Source: an uncultured Syntrophomonadaceae bacterium
GTDB taxonomy: Bacteria; Bacillota; Dethiobacteria; DTU022
NCBI GenBank assembly: GCA_964463285.1
Contig: CAYXBB010000003.1
Span: 1,913 to 65,912, forward strand
DNA: 64,000 nt
Reading direction: 5' to 3'
Part shown: positions 51,906 to 62,030 of the stretch, piece after piece
Position numbering within the stretch: the stretch's first letter is position 1
Layout of the letters: every line of letters starts with the position of its first letter
Notes under the pieces: generated by a model
The model's database searches: none
Seen by the model: only the letters and a program-made list of their open reading frames with translations
What the model was told of the DNA's origin: nothing
Program-made: the position numbers and the translations under genes

Positions 51906-51931
51906 GTAGCGCACCCTTAAGGGTGCGCTAC
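51906..51931. terminator. Perfect palindromic hairpin GTAGCGCACCC-TTAA-GGGTGCGCTAC between convergent pdxS and ypsA-like genes
   Basis: 11-bp stem with a 4-nt loop. The flanking U-tracts are weak. Confidence 0.4.
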
Positions 51932-52040
51932 CTCGGTAATTTACAGATAAAAGCGCCAATAAATGGTTCGGGTGGTCTCCCGGCTCGGCCGGCCCACTCA
52001 AATGGATTTGTTTGTTGTGGTAACGTATAACCCACGCGCT

Positions 52041-52517
52041 TTACCTGGCAGCCACATTGATAATCTTTAGCCCTTTTTCCCTGGCATATCTAATGGTTTG
52101 TAGGATGTCGCCGCCGGGATAAATTAAGGCACAGATACAATAAGCTGAATGATCAACCATAAAGCGATCTCGTTTTTCTACACAGCCGCTATAATATTCC
52201 TCCGACACACAGATCACTTCGTCTGCTTCCCCCAGCAAATTAGTATAAAGCCCTTTTTGCTCCGTATTCCAAAACTCATCTTGATTCTTACAGGCCAAAG
52301 CAAATACCAGGCGAATTTTTTTACCCATCTCTTTTTTCGCAACAATTAAAGACGCTGCTAACTGATCAAATCCCGGCATCCCAGCGGAAATAAATGTAGT
52401 TACGCCTTGTTTAATAAGGTTTTCCACCTCATAATCAAAGCGTGTTAATATCTGCTCAATCTTTTCTTTAGGCAATTTTTGGAGTCCGGTAAAACAGCAG
52501 GTTGATATTTTTACCAT
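52041..52517 (-). CDS. ypsA: SLOG-family YpsA-like protein (DUF1273)
   Basis: Rossmann-like SLOG pattern (TTFISAGMPGFDQLAASL ... GGDILQTIRYAREKG). Confidence 0.55.
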   Translation of the reverse strand: MVKISTCCFTGLQKLPKEKIEQILTRFDYEVENLIKQGVTTFISAGMPGFDQLAASLIVAKKEMGKKIRLVFALACKNQDEFWNTEQKGLYTNLLGEADEVICVSEEYYSGCVEKRDRFMVDHSAYCICALIYPGGDILQTIRYAREKGLKIINVAAR

Positions 52518-52640
52518 TCAAATCGCTCCTTCACCAGGTATTATGCACTGATACTTAGTGCATAAATAAAATTGTATCACAGATTGCACTTAAAATGGAT
52601 TTAATAAAAGTGTGTTTTAAATAACTGGAAGGAGATCGGG

Positions 52641-52823
52641 TTGAAGAAAAACAAGCATATCAGCATTCGAATTGATGGGGAGTTATTACAGAAATTCCAT
52701 TATGTGGCAAAATATGAAGATCGATCCGCCAGTGGCCAAATCATGTTTCTTATCAATAGCTGTGTGCGAGAATTTGAGGAAAAGTACGGCAAAGTTGATC
52801 TGACCAAGAAAGATAAAAAATAG
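52641..52823 (+). CDS. Ribbon-helix-helix (CopG/Arc-like) small DNA-binding protein
   Basis: 60 aa, with ISIRIDGELLQKF as the beta-strand. TTG start after GGAAGGAG. Confidence 0.45.
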   Translation: MKKNKHISIRIDGELLQKFHYVAKYEDRSASGQIMFLINSCVREFEEKYGKVDLTKKDKK

Positions 52824-52924
52824 GTGTGCGGCTAGCCATCCCCCTTTAACAAGGGGACTTTGGAAGATGCCGAGGCGGATCCCCCCTGTGAAAGGGGCTG
52901 TCTGCATAGGCAGACCGGGGGATT

Positions 52925-53932
52925 TTACTCCCACTCTATAGTAGCCGGAGGCTTGGATGTGATATCGTATACCACCCGGGTTACCGGGGGGATTTCAGCA
53001 GTAAGGCGGTCGGAGATCCGTTCCAGCAACTCATAGGGTAAATGGGCCCATTTAGCGATCATTCCATCAGTGGATATTACTGCCCTAACTGCTACCACCG
53101 GCCCGTAAACCCGTCGACCTGATTTTGCTCCCACCGAATCTATTCCCGGCAGCAGTGCAAAATATTGCCATACCCGGGGGTTATCCCCAAACTGCTCGAT
53201 CTCCCGGCAGACGATAGCATCGGATTCCTTAAGAATGTCTAATTTCTCCCGGGTCACTTCACCCATAATCCGCACCGCCAGTCCCGGACCGGGGAAAGGC
53301 TGGCGATCTATGATCGTTGATGAGAGGCCCAGCTCTTTGCCTACCCGGCGCACCTGGTCTTTATATAATTCCCTTAAGGGTTCTATAAGCTTGAAGCCCA
53401 GTTCTTCCGGTAGGCCCCCTACGTTATGATGAGATTTAATTACCGCCCCCCCCTTCCGGCCACTTTCTACAACATCGGAGCAGATTGTTCCCTGAGCCAA
53501 AAAACCGATACTCTTCTCGGTCAGGGCCTGCTCCTTGAAAACGGTGATAAATTCATTCCCGATGACTCGCCGTTTCTGTTCCGGATCGGTAATCCCCTGC
53601 AGGCACTGCAAAAACCTATCCCGGGCATCCACAGCAATAAATTTTCCGTGTAGATAAGTTTTAAAAACCTTAATGACCTGCTCCGTTTCCCCCTGACGCA
53701 GCAAACCATGATCCACAAATATTGATACCAACCGATTCCCAATAGCTTTGTCCAGCAAAACAGCAACTACCGAAGAATCAACCCCGCCGCTTACTGCACA
53801 AACTACTTTTTCATCTTTATTCACCTGCTGTCTTATTTGTTTAACAGCTCTTTGAATAAATTTTGAAGGGTCAAATGTTTTTTGAACCCGGTTCTTTGAA
53901 CTCTCGGTAGAATCCAAGATCATATCCCCCAA
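52925..53932 (-). CDS. guaA: GMP synthase ATP-pyrophosphatase subunit (GuaA subunit-B-like), with no glutamine amidotransferase domain
   Basis: PP-loop SGGVDSS and the C-terminal dimerisation domain ending ...PPATIEWE. No GATase domain is fused or adjacent. Confidence 0.8.
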   Translation of the reverse strand: MGDMILDSTESSKNRVQKTFDPSKFIQRAVKQIRQQVNKDEKVVCAVSGGVDSSVVAVLLDKAIGNRLVSIFVDHGLLRQGETEQVIKVFKTYLHGKFIAVDARDRFLQCLQGITDPEQKRRVIGNEFITVFKEQALTEKSIGFLAQGTICSDVVESGRKGGAVIKSHHNVGGLPEELGFKLIEPLRELYKDQVRRVGKELGLSSTIIDRQPFPGPGLAVRIMGEVTREKLDILKESDAIVCREIEQFGDNPRVWQYFALLPGIDSVGAKSGRRVYGPVVAVRAVISTDGMIAKWAHLPYELLERISDRLTAEIPPVTRVVYDITSKPPATIEWE

Positions 53933-54017
53933 CGCATAAAAGATTGGTTTACGTAAAGTTTACCATATTTTTAGGTTTAACAGCCAAGATTATTTTAACA
54001 CGGGGAAGGAGGGCAGG

Positions 54018-54113
54018 ATGTCTGACAAACAGCTTGCGTTTGAAAAACCTCCTTCCTTATCGGAGGGGCTTGTCTTTCAGGGGGTGGAAAAACCGGTAAC
54101 CGATATATTTTAA
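54018..54113 (+). CDS. Candidate 31-aa leader or small ORF upstream of the P-loop protein gene
   Basis: GGAAGGAGGG ribosome-binding site, 4-6 nt from the ATG. An internal CCUCCUUCC can pair with its own SD. Speculative. Confidence 0.25.
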   Translation: MSDKQLAFEKPPSLSEGLVFQGVEKPVTDIF

Positions 54114-54190
54114 TCCTATTCCCGACCATTAAGTCTCCGCTGACATATTATAAATCAAAGGTTTTACACTATTGCTTAGGAGGTACAAAA

Positions 54191-55300
54191 TTGCCCAGGG
54201 GAAAGTTGAAAAAAGTTTTTCCAGGATCCAATTCCGCCTACGGATTTTATTCATTTTATGACCAGATTATTGAGGATGACGCCGCCAGGATCTTTGTGAT
54301 CAAGGGTGGGCCGGGGGTTGGAAAATCCACCTTGATGTTCAGCATCGGCGATGAGGTGCTAAAAAGGGGGTTTGACGTAGAACATCACTGTTGTTCGGCG
54401 GATAGTGAGTCCCTGGATGGAATGGTAATCCCTGAATTAAATATCGCCTGTATTGATGGCAATGCCCCGCATGTGGTTGATCCTAAAAACCCCGGAGCGG
54501 TGGATGAAATTCTCCACCTGGGTGAATTCTGTAACTTTGATGATGTGATGGCTTTTCGTGAAGAAATTTTGAAGGCAAACCGGGAAAATGCCCGCCTTTA
54601 CCGCCGGGCTTATCGCTACCTGGCGGCAGCCAAGCTGTTTCTTGATGAGGTGGAAGACTATTACCTGGAAAACAGCTGTCTGGATCATGTCGGTCTGGAT
54701 CAGAAGGCCCTGGAACTGATAAACGATATTTTCGGCGACAGCGTAAATGACTATCGCCGCAAAAAAAGAGAAAGACATCTGTTTGCCACAGCCATTACCC
54801 CTGAAGGGCCGGTTAGCCACCTGGATACAATAATTGCCGGTGTATCCAAACTATTTATAATTTCGGGCGACGACGGTACCGGGAAAAATGAGCTGATTGC
54901 CCGCATAAAAGACGCCGCAGTAATGCGGGGATATCTGGTGGAGGTTTACCACTGTGCCCTAGATCCCTGTAAAATTGATCATGTTATTATTCCGGAACTT
55001 AAAACCGCCGTCTTGAACAGCGTCCCTCCCCACCTGTTGGAGCCCTACGGAAGCGATAGGGTAATAGAGACAGACTCTTTTGTGCAAGATCCGGGTCCGG
55101 AATTTAAACAGGAACGCAATATTGCCCGTCGCTACTACCAGCAATCATTCGATACCGCTATTTGCTATTTGCGCCGGGCCAGAGATGTGCACAAAAAATT
55201 GGAGGCCTACTACATCCCCCACATGCGGTTTAGCGAAATCAATGATCTCAGCCGATCCATCCTGGAAAAAATACTTGCTTACCAGGGCAGGCGCCATTAG
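54191..55300 (+). CDS. P-loop NTPase of unknown function with a tandem (second degenerate) P-loop
   Basis: GGPGVGKSTLM and a second SGDDGTGKNELI. TTG start after GGAGG. Confidence 0.55.
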   Translation: MPRGKLKKVFPGSNSAYGFYSFYDQIIEDDAARIFVIKGGPGVGKSTLMFSIGDEVLKRGFDVEHHCCSADSESLDGMVIPELNIACIDGNAPHVVDPKNPGAVDEILHLGEFCNFDDVMAFREEILKANRENARLYRRAYRYLAAAKLFLDEVEDYYLENSCLDHVGLDQKALELINDIFGDSVNDYRRKKRERHLFATAITPEGPVSHLDTIIAGVSKLFIISGDDGTGKNELIARIKDAAVMRGYLVEVYHCALDPCKIDHVIIPELKTAVLNSVPPHLLEPYGSDRVIETDSFVQDPGPEFKQERNIARRYYQQSFDTAICYLRRARDVHKKLEAYYIPHMRFSEINDLSRSILEKILAYQGRRH

Positions 55301-55404
55301 CCCGGCTTCACCTTTGCAAAAGAACATTATGCCCATATCTGTAAATTAGCAAAATAAAAAGGTGCCGTTTTGCGCACACGCTTACAGCCCACTAATCCGG
55401 TCTT

Positions 55405-57033
55405 TTATTTGTTTTGGTCGGAAAATCGACCGCGATAGCGCAGCGCAGCGGCAATAAACTCCTTGAACAGGGGATGAGGCCGGTGAAACCTGGATTTGAA
55501 TTCCGGATGAAACTGCACCGCTACAAACCAAGGATGATCCGAAATTTCAATAACTTCCACCAAGTTGTCTTCCTGTTCGTTAATCCCGCTAAATATCATT
55601 CCCTGCTCCTCAAATTGGCGGCGATAGAAATTGTTGAATTTATAACTATGCCGATGTCTTTCCGTAACCCGATCGGTCCGGTAAGCCTGACCGGCAAAGG
55701 TATTCTTTCTAACAGTAAAGGGCTTTGCACCCAGCCGCCTGTTTACAAGGGTTCCTTCTTTTCGGGAAGCAGTTAACAGGTTAATCACCGGTTGGGCCGT
55801 ATCCGGATTAAATTCGGTACTGTGGGCTTCGGTCAGCCCGGCAACATTGCGAGCAAATTCAATCACCGCACATTGCATCCCCAGGCAGACCCCCAAAAAA
55901 GGGATTTTCTCCTGACGGGCTACTTTAATTGCATTTATCTTGCCCTCTATGCCCCGCTCTCCAAACCCTCCGGGGACCAGGATGGCATCCACCCCTTTTA
56001 ACAGGTCCTCTGCTCGATTGGACTCCAGATCCTCGGCGGGAATTAACTTCACTTTTACTTCCGTGTCCCAATAAAGGCCGCTATGATAAAGAGATTCAAT
56101 TATGCTCAGGTAGGCATCCCTCAAGGCCATATATTTGCCTACAAGGGCTATCACCACCTGTCGGGAAAGATTCCGACCCCTTTCCACTGCCTCTTCCCAG
56201 GCAGACATATCCCCCCGCCGGCAGTTAAGGCCCAGTTTTTCCACCACCAGATCATCAAACCCCTGTTTTTGCATCAGCAACGGTACCTCATAAATACTTT
56301 CCGCGCTGAGGCTTTCTATTACCTCTTCGGGCTTTATATCGCAAAACAGGGCAATTTTATCCTTAAGATATCCGGGCAAAGGATGTTCGGTTCGGCAAAC
56401 AATGATATCGGGTTGAATTCCTATGCTGCGGAGTTCTTTCACACTATGCTGGGTGGGCTTGGTCTTAAGCTCACCGGACATGGGAAGGTAGGGCACCAGG
56501 GTAACATGAATATAAATTACATTCCCCCGCCCTAAGTCTGCTCGCATCTGGCGGATTGCTTCCAGAAAAGGCAGGCTTTCAATATCACCCACCGTGCCTC
56601 CTATTTCTGTGATCACCACATCCATATCTCCGGTTTTACGGTCAATTAACTGTACCCTGGATTTTATTTCGTCTGTAATGTGAGGAATAACCTGCACCGT
56701 TTTTCCTCCAAAAGCCCCCTTTCGTTCACCCCGGATAACCGACCAGTAAACCTTGCCGGTAGTAACGTTGTTGTCTCCGGTCAGATCTTGATCAATAAAC
56801 CTTTCATAATGGCCCAGATCCAGATCTGCCTCCGTTCCATCCTCGGTAACGAAAATTTCTCCGTGTTGATTGGGGCTCATCGTTCCCGGATCATAATTAA
56901 TGTACGGATCGAATTTCTGAATAGTTAGCTTTAGTCCGCTATGTTTTAGCAAACAACCCAAAGAAGCGGCAGTAATCCCTTTGCCCAACGAAGAGACCAC
57001 CCCGCCCGTGACGAAAACATATTTGGTCATCAT
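55405..57033 (-). CDS. pyrG: CTP synthase
   Basis: [19 protein letters not shown] and a C-terminal GATase with GVCLGMQ. Confidence 0.9.
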   Translation of the reverse strand: MMTKYVFVTGGVVSSLGKGITAASLGCLLKHSGLKLTIQKFDPYINYDPGTMSPNQHGEIFVTEDGTEADLDLGHYERFIDQDLTGDNNVTTGKVYWSVIRGERKGAFGGKTVQVIPHITDEIKSRVQLIDRKTGDMDVVITEIGGTVGDIESLPFLEAIRQMRADLGRGNVIYIHVTLVPYLPMSGELKTKPTQHSVKELRSIGIQPDIIVCRTEHPLPGYLKDKIALFCDIKPEEVIESLSAESIYEVPLLMQKQGFDDLVVEKLGLNCRRGDMSAWEEAVERGRNLSRQVVIALVGKYMALRDAYLSIIESLYHSGLYWDTEVKVKLIPAEDLESNRAEDLLKGVDAILVPGGFGERGIEGKINAIKVARQEKIPFLGVCLGMQCAVIEFARNVAGLTEAHSTEFNPDTAQPVINLLTASRKEGTLVNRRLGAKPFTVRKNTFAGQAYRTDRVTERHRHSYKFNNFYRRQFEEQGMIFSGINEQEDNLVEVIEISDHPWFVAVQFHPEFKSRFHRPHPLFKEFIAAALRYRGRFSDQNK

Positions 57034-57331
57034 TACCCTCCGTTTCGGACTGGTAGTGCGGCTAATTGAATGTTGATAAGTTCAAGTACTGATTCTACAT
57101 CTGAAGACCATTCCCTGCAAGGGTATGGCGAAGGCGAACATGATCTTCCGAGTAATAAGATATTCCATATTTATAGCTACGCATACCTGTATACCGGAAT
57201 TTTCTTAAAAAATAATTAAGATCTTTTTAGATCAATTGCAGTGTTTAGGGCCGCTACCTTTGATGGTCCGCCCCAAAAATTAAGGAGGAAACTACTAAAT
57301 TAAGTGAGTCAAAGTGACCGTCTCCGCCGAC

Positions 57332-58771
57332 TCACCTGCGCTGAAACCGGGACCATGCCCTTTGAAGCGTATCGACAGTGAGTTTTCCCTGCCGCCGAAA
57401 ATCTTCCCAGGACTCATTCCAGTTGGCTCTAAGAACCCCCAGGTATTTAGGCCACTGTTTGGCAGCCCCGGAAAGGGTGAGCATCTTTTCCCGGGCAAAC
57501 TCTCTTAGCCGCCGGCTTTCTTCCGGAAGGCGCTGCCAAAAATATTTCAGGTTTCCAGGATACTCTCTGAGCCCCCGGGAAGACAGTTCCGGAAGATCCT
57601 GAAGCCACTGCTTAGTGCGATTGAACCACCTGTTTACTCTATCCGGCAGGCTTTTCCAGTAACCCGCAGCCTTGGGAAGCGCATTTGGCTCATTGACTAC
57701 ATAAAATCCAAATGCTATCCCCAAGCTGGCTATCAACAAACCCAGCACCGTTCCGGAAACCGCTTTGTTGATCCCCCCGGCATCGCGGTAAAGTGCCGGA
57801 GGTTTCGGAGATACCTCTTCTGCGGAAGGCGTGCCGGGAAAATAGGCGGGCCCATAAAAATAATAAGCCACAATATCGCTAAAATGAACAACCCCATTTT
57901 CTGCTGCCTCTTTGGTGTTGGTGTGGGCTCCCACTTCCAGAAGCAGGCTTAAAGGTGAGAGATCCTGGTTAAAATCACCAAAGGTAATCAACACCCCTTT
58001 TATCAATCCGGGATAGATCCAGTCGCTGTAGCCCTTCAGATCAAAAGCAAAGCCCTGATTTACCTCTGCATGGGGATTGTCCTGTCCCACTACTATTTGA
58101 ATTTTTGTCAGCCATTCGCCATCCATTTGCAAACTATAAGTTTCCGGTGGGGCAGCATCACGGTGAAGATCAAATATAGCATCGGGGCGTTTGCGTAAAA
58201 GGTGGACAGCAGTAACCCGGGAGCGCCGGTAAGCACCCCGGTCGTGGGGAAGATGCATATGATCCGAATATAGCACCTCGATGCCTTTGGCGGTTAAAGC
58301 ATCCCTGAAAGCCCTTCCTACGGCATGGATCCCCCCATGCCCGTAAATACTGTCCGTGCCGTCGCTGGGAACATAGCATTCCGCATTGTGACTATGGTAT
58401 ATGGCGATTTTGCGTGAAGGCCGGCTTTGGGTCGAAAGAACCGGGGGGAGCAGCACTGATGTGGAAGCAGGAGATTTTAATTTAACCTGCTCCCTGAAAC
58501 AGGCCTGGGCAATGTAGCGCTCCACTGAAATTACCTCATACAACCGGTTGTCGGAGGCTAAATAGCGGTCTCCAATTCTTAACCGGCGTCCGGTAACTGT
58601 AATCAGTTTGCCTTGTTCATCTACCAGTTGGAAATAATTTTCTCCGGTAATCTCCTGCGGGGTTAACTCCTCAAAAACATCGCGGCTTAAAACTATCTTC
58701 GGGGCAGTGCTCCATACCACCAGGGCTATCAGCCACAATAGTAAGTTATACCGCCAGTTGTCGCCCACCAT
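57332..58771 (-). CDS. spoIIP: Stage II sporulation protein P with an extra C-terminal TM and basic W-rich tail
   Basis: SpoIIP amidase-like core (IAIYHSHNAECY...FDLHRDA), an N-terminal signal anchor and a ~130-aa C-terminal extension. Confidence 0.7.
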   Translation of the reverse strand: MVGDNWRYNLLLWLIALVVWSTAPKIVLSRDVFEELTPQEITGENYFQLVDEQGKLITVTGRRLRIGDRYLASDNRLYEVISVERYIAQACFREQVKLKSPASTSVLLPPVLSTQSRPSRKIAIYHSHNAECYVPSDGTDSIYGHGGIHAVGRAFRDALTAKGIEVLYSDHMHLPHDRGAYRRSRVTAVHLLRKRPDAIFDLHRDAAPPETYSLQMDGEWLTKIQIVVGQDNPHAEVNQGFAFDLKGYSDWIYPGLIKGVLITFGDFNQDLSPLSLLLEVGAHTNTKEAAENGVVHFSDIVAYYFYGPAYFPGTPSAEEVSPKPPALYRDAGGINKAVSGTVLGLLIASLGIAFGFYVVNEPNALPKAAGYWKSLPDRVNRWFNRTKQWLQDLPELSSRGLREYPGNLKYFWQRLPEESRRLREFAREKMLTLSGAAKQWPKYLGVLRANWNESWEDFRRQGKLTVDTLQRAWSRFQRR

Positions 58772-58793
58772 TACACCTCCCCTGACTACATGT

Positions 58794-59426
58794 CTAGCTT
58801 TCGCCCGAGCCTCGCTCTAAACGCTCTCGAACTTCCCCGATCACCTCGGCCAGCATTACTGCAATTACTCCGGCCACCAGGGTGGCATCAAAAGCCCCCG
58901 CTCCCCCCAAAACAATGGGATTATGCCGGACGGCCCTGATAATATTTTCTCCCCAGGCCGCAAGATCCAAAACTATTATGGTCAGAACACCGCCAATAAA
59001 AGAAGATCTGCGAGAACGACCCAGCAGGTAGGCAATCAATCCGGCTATTGCTGCCGGCAGGTAAAGGGGATCAAACAGGTAACCCCAGGATCCGGGGGTA
59101 AGGGGCAAGGTGCGATCGATAATCCAGATTGCCCCTGCCGAGATAACCGCAGTGATCAGTCCCCGAAATTTCTCTTCCCGGGTATCGGCGATCAATATCA
59201 GATAGGCACAGATGGCCACCGGGATGATCCCCCCACCGATATTTGCATACAGATCACCCCCCAGGAAAAGTGCCGGTAGCCGCCCTCCGATGAGCATGGC
59301 CACTACAAGCAGCAGGGCGTGAATTTTCCCCATCCGCAGCCGGTCCAGGGCTCGGTGCATGACAAACAGGTAGATCAGCACCACTAAGGTGGTTACTAAC
59401 AGCACGGCAGGGGATCTGCCAAACAT
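58794..59426 (-). CDS. Hypothetical integral membrane protein
   Basis: Hydrophobic throughout with about 6 TMs. No family recognised. Confidence 0.45.
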   Translation of the reverse strand: MFGRSPAVLLVTTLVVLIYLFVMHRALDRLRMGKIHALLLVVAMLIGGRLPALFLGGDLYANIGGGIIPVAICAYLILIADTREEKFRGLITAVISAGAIWIIDRTLPLTPGSWGYLFDPLYLPAAIAGLIAYLLGRSRRSSFIGGVLTIIVLDLAAWGENIIRAVRHNPIVLGGAGAFDATLVAGVIAVMLAEVIGEVRERLERGSGES

Positions 59427-59590
59427 CGGGGGTTCACCTCCTGGAAAAACATATCAAGGCGAATTTATTTTCTCCCAAGCCCCCTGTTATATGCAAAAAC
59501 CTTCCGGCCGTTTGAATCCGAAAGGTTTTTGCATTTAGAAAAACGAATATCCCGGCAAGCCTGTCAGCAACTGCTGCAGTTACGGATGCT

Positions 59591-59776
59591 TCACCCGCCA
59601 CAGCTGCCGGAGGAAGCCGGGCTACCGCCTGAGCTGCTGCGGGTGGAGCGAAAAGTGGAAAACACCCGTTTGGCTTTCGCTCCGCAAGAGGGGCAGCTTA
59701 AACTATCCACCTCGCTGCGGCAAAGGTTTTCAAACTTCTCCCGGCAATTGGTGCAGACAAATTCATAAAGCGGCAA
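59591..59776 (-). CDS. FmdB-family zinc-ribbon protein
   Basis: MPLYEFVCTNCREKFE...CPSCG, with a low-complexity Ser/Gly C-terminus. Confidence 0.6.
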   Translation of the reverse strand: MPLYEFVCTNCREKFENLCRSEVDSLSCPSCGAKAKRVFSTFRSTRSSSGGSPASSGSCGG

Positions 59777-59801
59777 GGCGCTGGCCTCCTTTCTTATTAA
59801 C

Positions 59802-61406
59802 CTATACCCGAGCTGAAATATCCCGATTTCGCAGTTGAACCTGGCGGATCGTTTCTACACCCTCCAACTGCTCTATTTGCTGCAGGATGCCGGGGGTGGC
59901 CGGCTCATCAATCTGAAGAACCATCACTGCTTCTCCGCCCACCGACTGTCGGCCCACCTGCATTCCTGCAATATTGATCCCATTGTTGCCCAGTTCGGTT
60001 CCCACCCGTCCGATCACTCCCGGCCGATCCACATAAATACAGACCAGCATATACGGAGAAGGCATTACCTCGATCCGATAGTCATCAATCTGGGTTATAC
60101 GGATATCAGTGCGGTTAAAAACCGTTCCTGCCAAAGAATGGGTGGTTACACCGGATTTAACCTTTAACACCACCAGGTTGGCAAAATTCTCTATATCCTT
60201 GCTGGTAACTTCCCGTACCCGGATCCCCCGCTGGCGGGTAATAAGCGGCGCATTTATAAAATTAACCTGCTCATCGCCCAGTATATATGAGAGTATCCCA
60301 ATCAAACAGGAAGTAGTCAGAGGCACAGTGGGAAAACCTGCAACCCCCCCCCGGTAACAAAGCTCTATCTCTTCAATCTGCCCACCAAAATTTTGAATGT
60401 AAAAGCTCCCCATCATCCTCATCAGCGGCAAATAAGGAGTTACTTCCGCCATTACTTCAGGCAGCATTGTCGGCACATTCACTGCCGAGATCACCGCCTC
60501 CCCCTTCAAAGCGCGTATAACCTGATCTGCCACCTGCACGGCCACATTAACCTGGGCCTCCCTGGTGGAAGCACCCAGGTGGGGAGTAACGACTACATTA
60601 GGCAAAGTCAAAAGCGGGCTTTTGAAAGGAGGTTCGCATTCAAACACATCCAGTGCCGCACCGGCTATTTTTCCCTCCACCAATGCCTGATAAAGCGCAT
60701 CTTCATCCACCAGCCCTCCCCGGGCACAGTTAATCAAACGAGCCCCGTTTTTCATCAAGGTCAACTGGGGAGCAGCGATAAGGTGGTAACTTGATTCGCT
60801 ACGAGGCAGGTGCAAGGTAATAAAATCAGAGCTTTTTAGCACCTCTTCCAGGGAAATTAGCTGCACTCCCATTTTTTCAGCCCGTTCGGAAGAAATATAA
60901 GGGTCACAGGCCACTATGGACATCCCCATAGCCCGGGCCCTTCTGGCCACTTCACTGCCAATACGGCCCAGGCCGATTATCCCCAGCACCTTATGATTTA
61001 ACTCCACCCCCATAAAATTAACCCGTTCCCAGCGCCCGGCTTTTAAAGAGTGATGGGCCTGAGGAATATTTCGAGCCAGGGAGGTCAGCATGGCTATAGC
61101 ATGCTCGGCGGTGGAAATAGTATTGCCTTCCGGAGCATTAATCACCATGATCCCGCTCTCTGTAGCCTGTTCCACATCGATATTATCTACTCCTACTCCT
61201 GCCCGACCGATCACCTTTAGTTTTTTACCGGCCTTAATAACCGGGGCGGTAACCCTGGTGCCGCTGCGAACTACCAGTGCTTCATAGTTTTTTATAATTT
61301 CTATTAGTTGCTGTTCATTTAACCCGGTTTTCTGATCCACCCGGGCAAATTTTTCTAACCTGGATACCCCTTCTTCAGAAAGGGAATCGCTAACCAAAAT
61401 CCTCAT
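59802..61406 (-). CDS. serA: D-3-phosphoglycerate dehydrogenase (long form with ASB and ACT domains)
   Basis: NAD fold GIIGLGRIGSEVA and the catalytic His/Glu region. 534 aa. Confidence 0.9.
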   Translation of the reverse strand: MRILVSDSLSEEGVSRLEKFARVDQKTGLNEQQLIEIIKNYEALVVRSGTRVTAPVIKAGKKLKVIGRAGVGVDNIDVEQATESGIMVINAPEGNTISTAEHAIAMLTSLARNIPQAHHSLKAGRWERVNFMGVELNHKVLGIIGLGRIGSEVARRARAMGMSIVACDPYISSERAEKMGVQLISLEEVLKSSDFITLHLPRSESSYHLIAAPQLTLMKNGARLINCARGGLVDEDALYQALVEGKIAGAALDVFECEPPFKSPLLTLPNVVVTPHLGASTREAQVNVAVQVADQVIRALKGEAVISAVNVPTMLPEVMAEVTPYLPLMRMMGSFYIQNFGGQIEEIELCYRGGVAGFPTVPLTTSCLIGILSYILGDEQVNFINAPLITRQRGIRVREVTSKDIENFANLVVLKVKSGVTTHSLAGTVFNRTDIRITQIDDYRIEVMPSPYMLVCIYVDRPGVIGRVGTELGNNGINIAGMQVGRQSVGGEAVMVLQIDEPATPGILQQIEQLEGVETIRQVQLRNRDISARV

Positions 61407-61497
61407 TTGTTCACCTCCTACAACTTACAACCATACAGCGGCTAAAATTAGATCGGGTTAACACTGAATGTAACATAAATTGAGAGCCTAAATCAAC

Positions 61498-61533
61498 CTG
61501 GAAAAAGGCAAACCGTAACCTTAAAGGTTACGG
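61498..61533 (-). terminator. Intrinsic terminator or attenuator hairpin in the serA 5' leader
   Basis: CCGUAACC-UUUAA-GGUUACGG followed by UUUGCCUUUUUCC on the minus strand, about 100 nt upstream of the serA start. Confidence 0.5.
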
Positions 61534-62030
61534 ATAATCACCTTTTTTAGCAGATCTTCTTAGAAATTGGCTTCCTACCAACAGAATAATATTACCTGTC
61601 GTCTCCACCCGGCAAGTTCAATAATTTACGTAAGTTCTACCTCAGGTTCTACCTTTCAACCGTTTCCTTTTCTTGGCCCGTCTTCTTTTTTTTCTCCGTC
61701 TTTTAAGCTGTTTACGGGTTAACTCTTTTTTGGACAGGTTTGTCGCCTCCTTTATAGCTACCTCTATCTATACCGTTCAAGTATAATTAAACTGGGAGCA
61801 ATTCAAAGTAATCCCGGGCTTTATTATATCACCGGTCCCGTTACAAAAAAAGAGGCATACCTTGATTTTTGTAAATTTGCCCCCTCGATTATTTTTTTTT
61901 GCATAAAATTACTAACATGTAACAAGGGAATAAAAAATTAAGGTAGAATATGAAAGGTATTATGGTAATTTCCAGATAAAGGTCGAATATATTTACACCC
62001 TCCCCTAGCTAATTACAGATACATAAGGAG

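Noticed and set aside
61540-61620. A possible T-box antiterminator upstream of serA
   Set aside because: Only a partial match to the T-box consensus (GGUGAUUAUCCGU versus GGGUGGNACCGCG) and no clear specifier-loop stem. It is kept only as an unspecified attenuator candidate.
61640-61760. A minus-strand frame encoding a polybasic peptide (...LKRRRKKRRRAKKRKRLKGRT) resembling a ribosomal-protein tail
   Set aside because: There is no ATG, GTG or TTG start in frame after the upstream stop. It arises from a purine-rich tract (plus-strand tcttcttttttttctcc), so it is most likely non-coding leader sequence.
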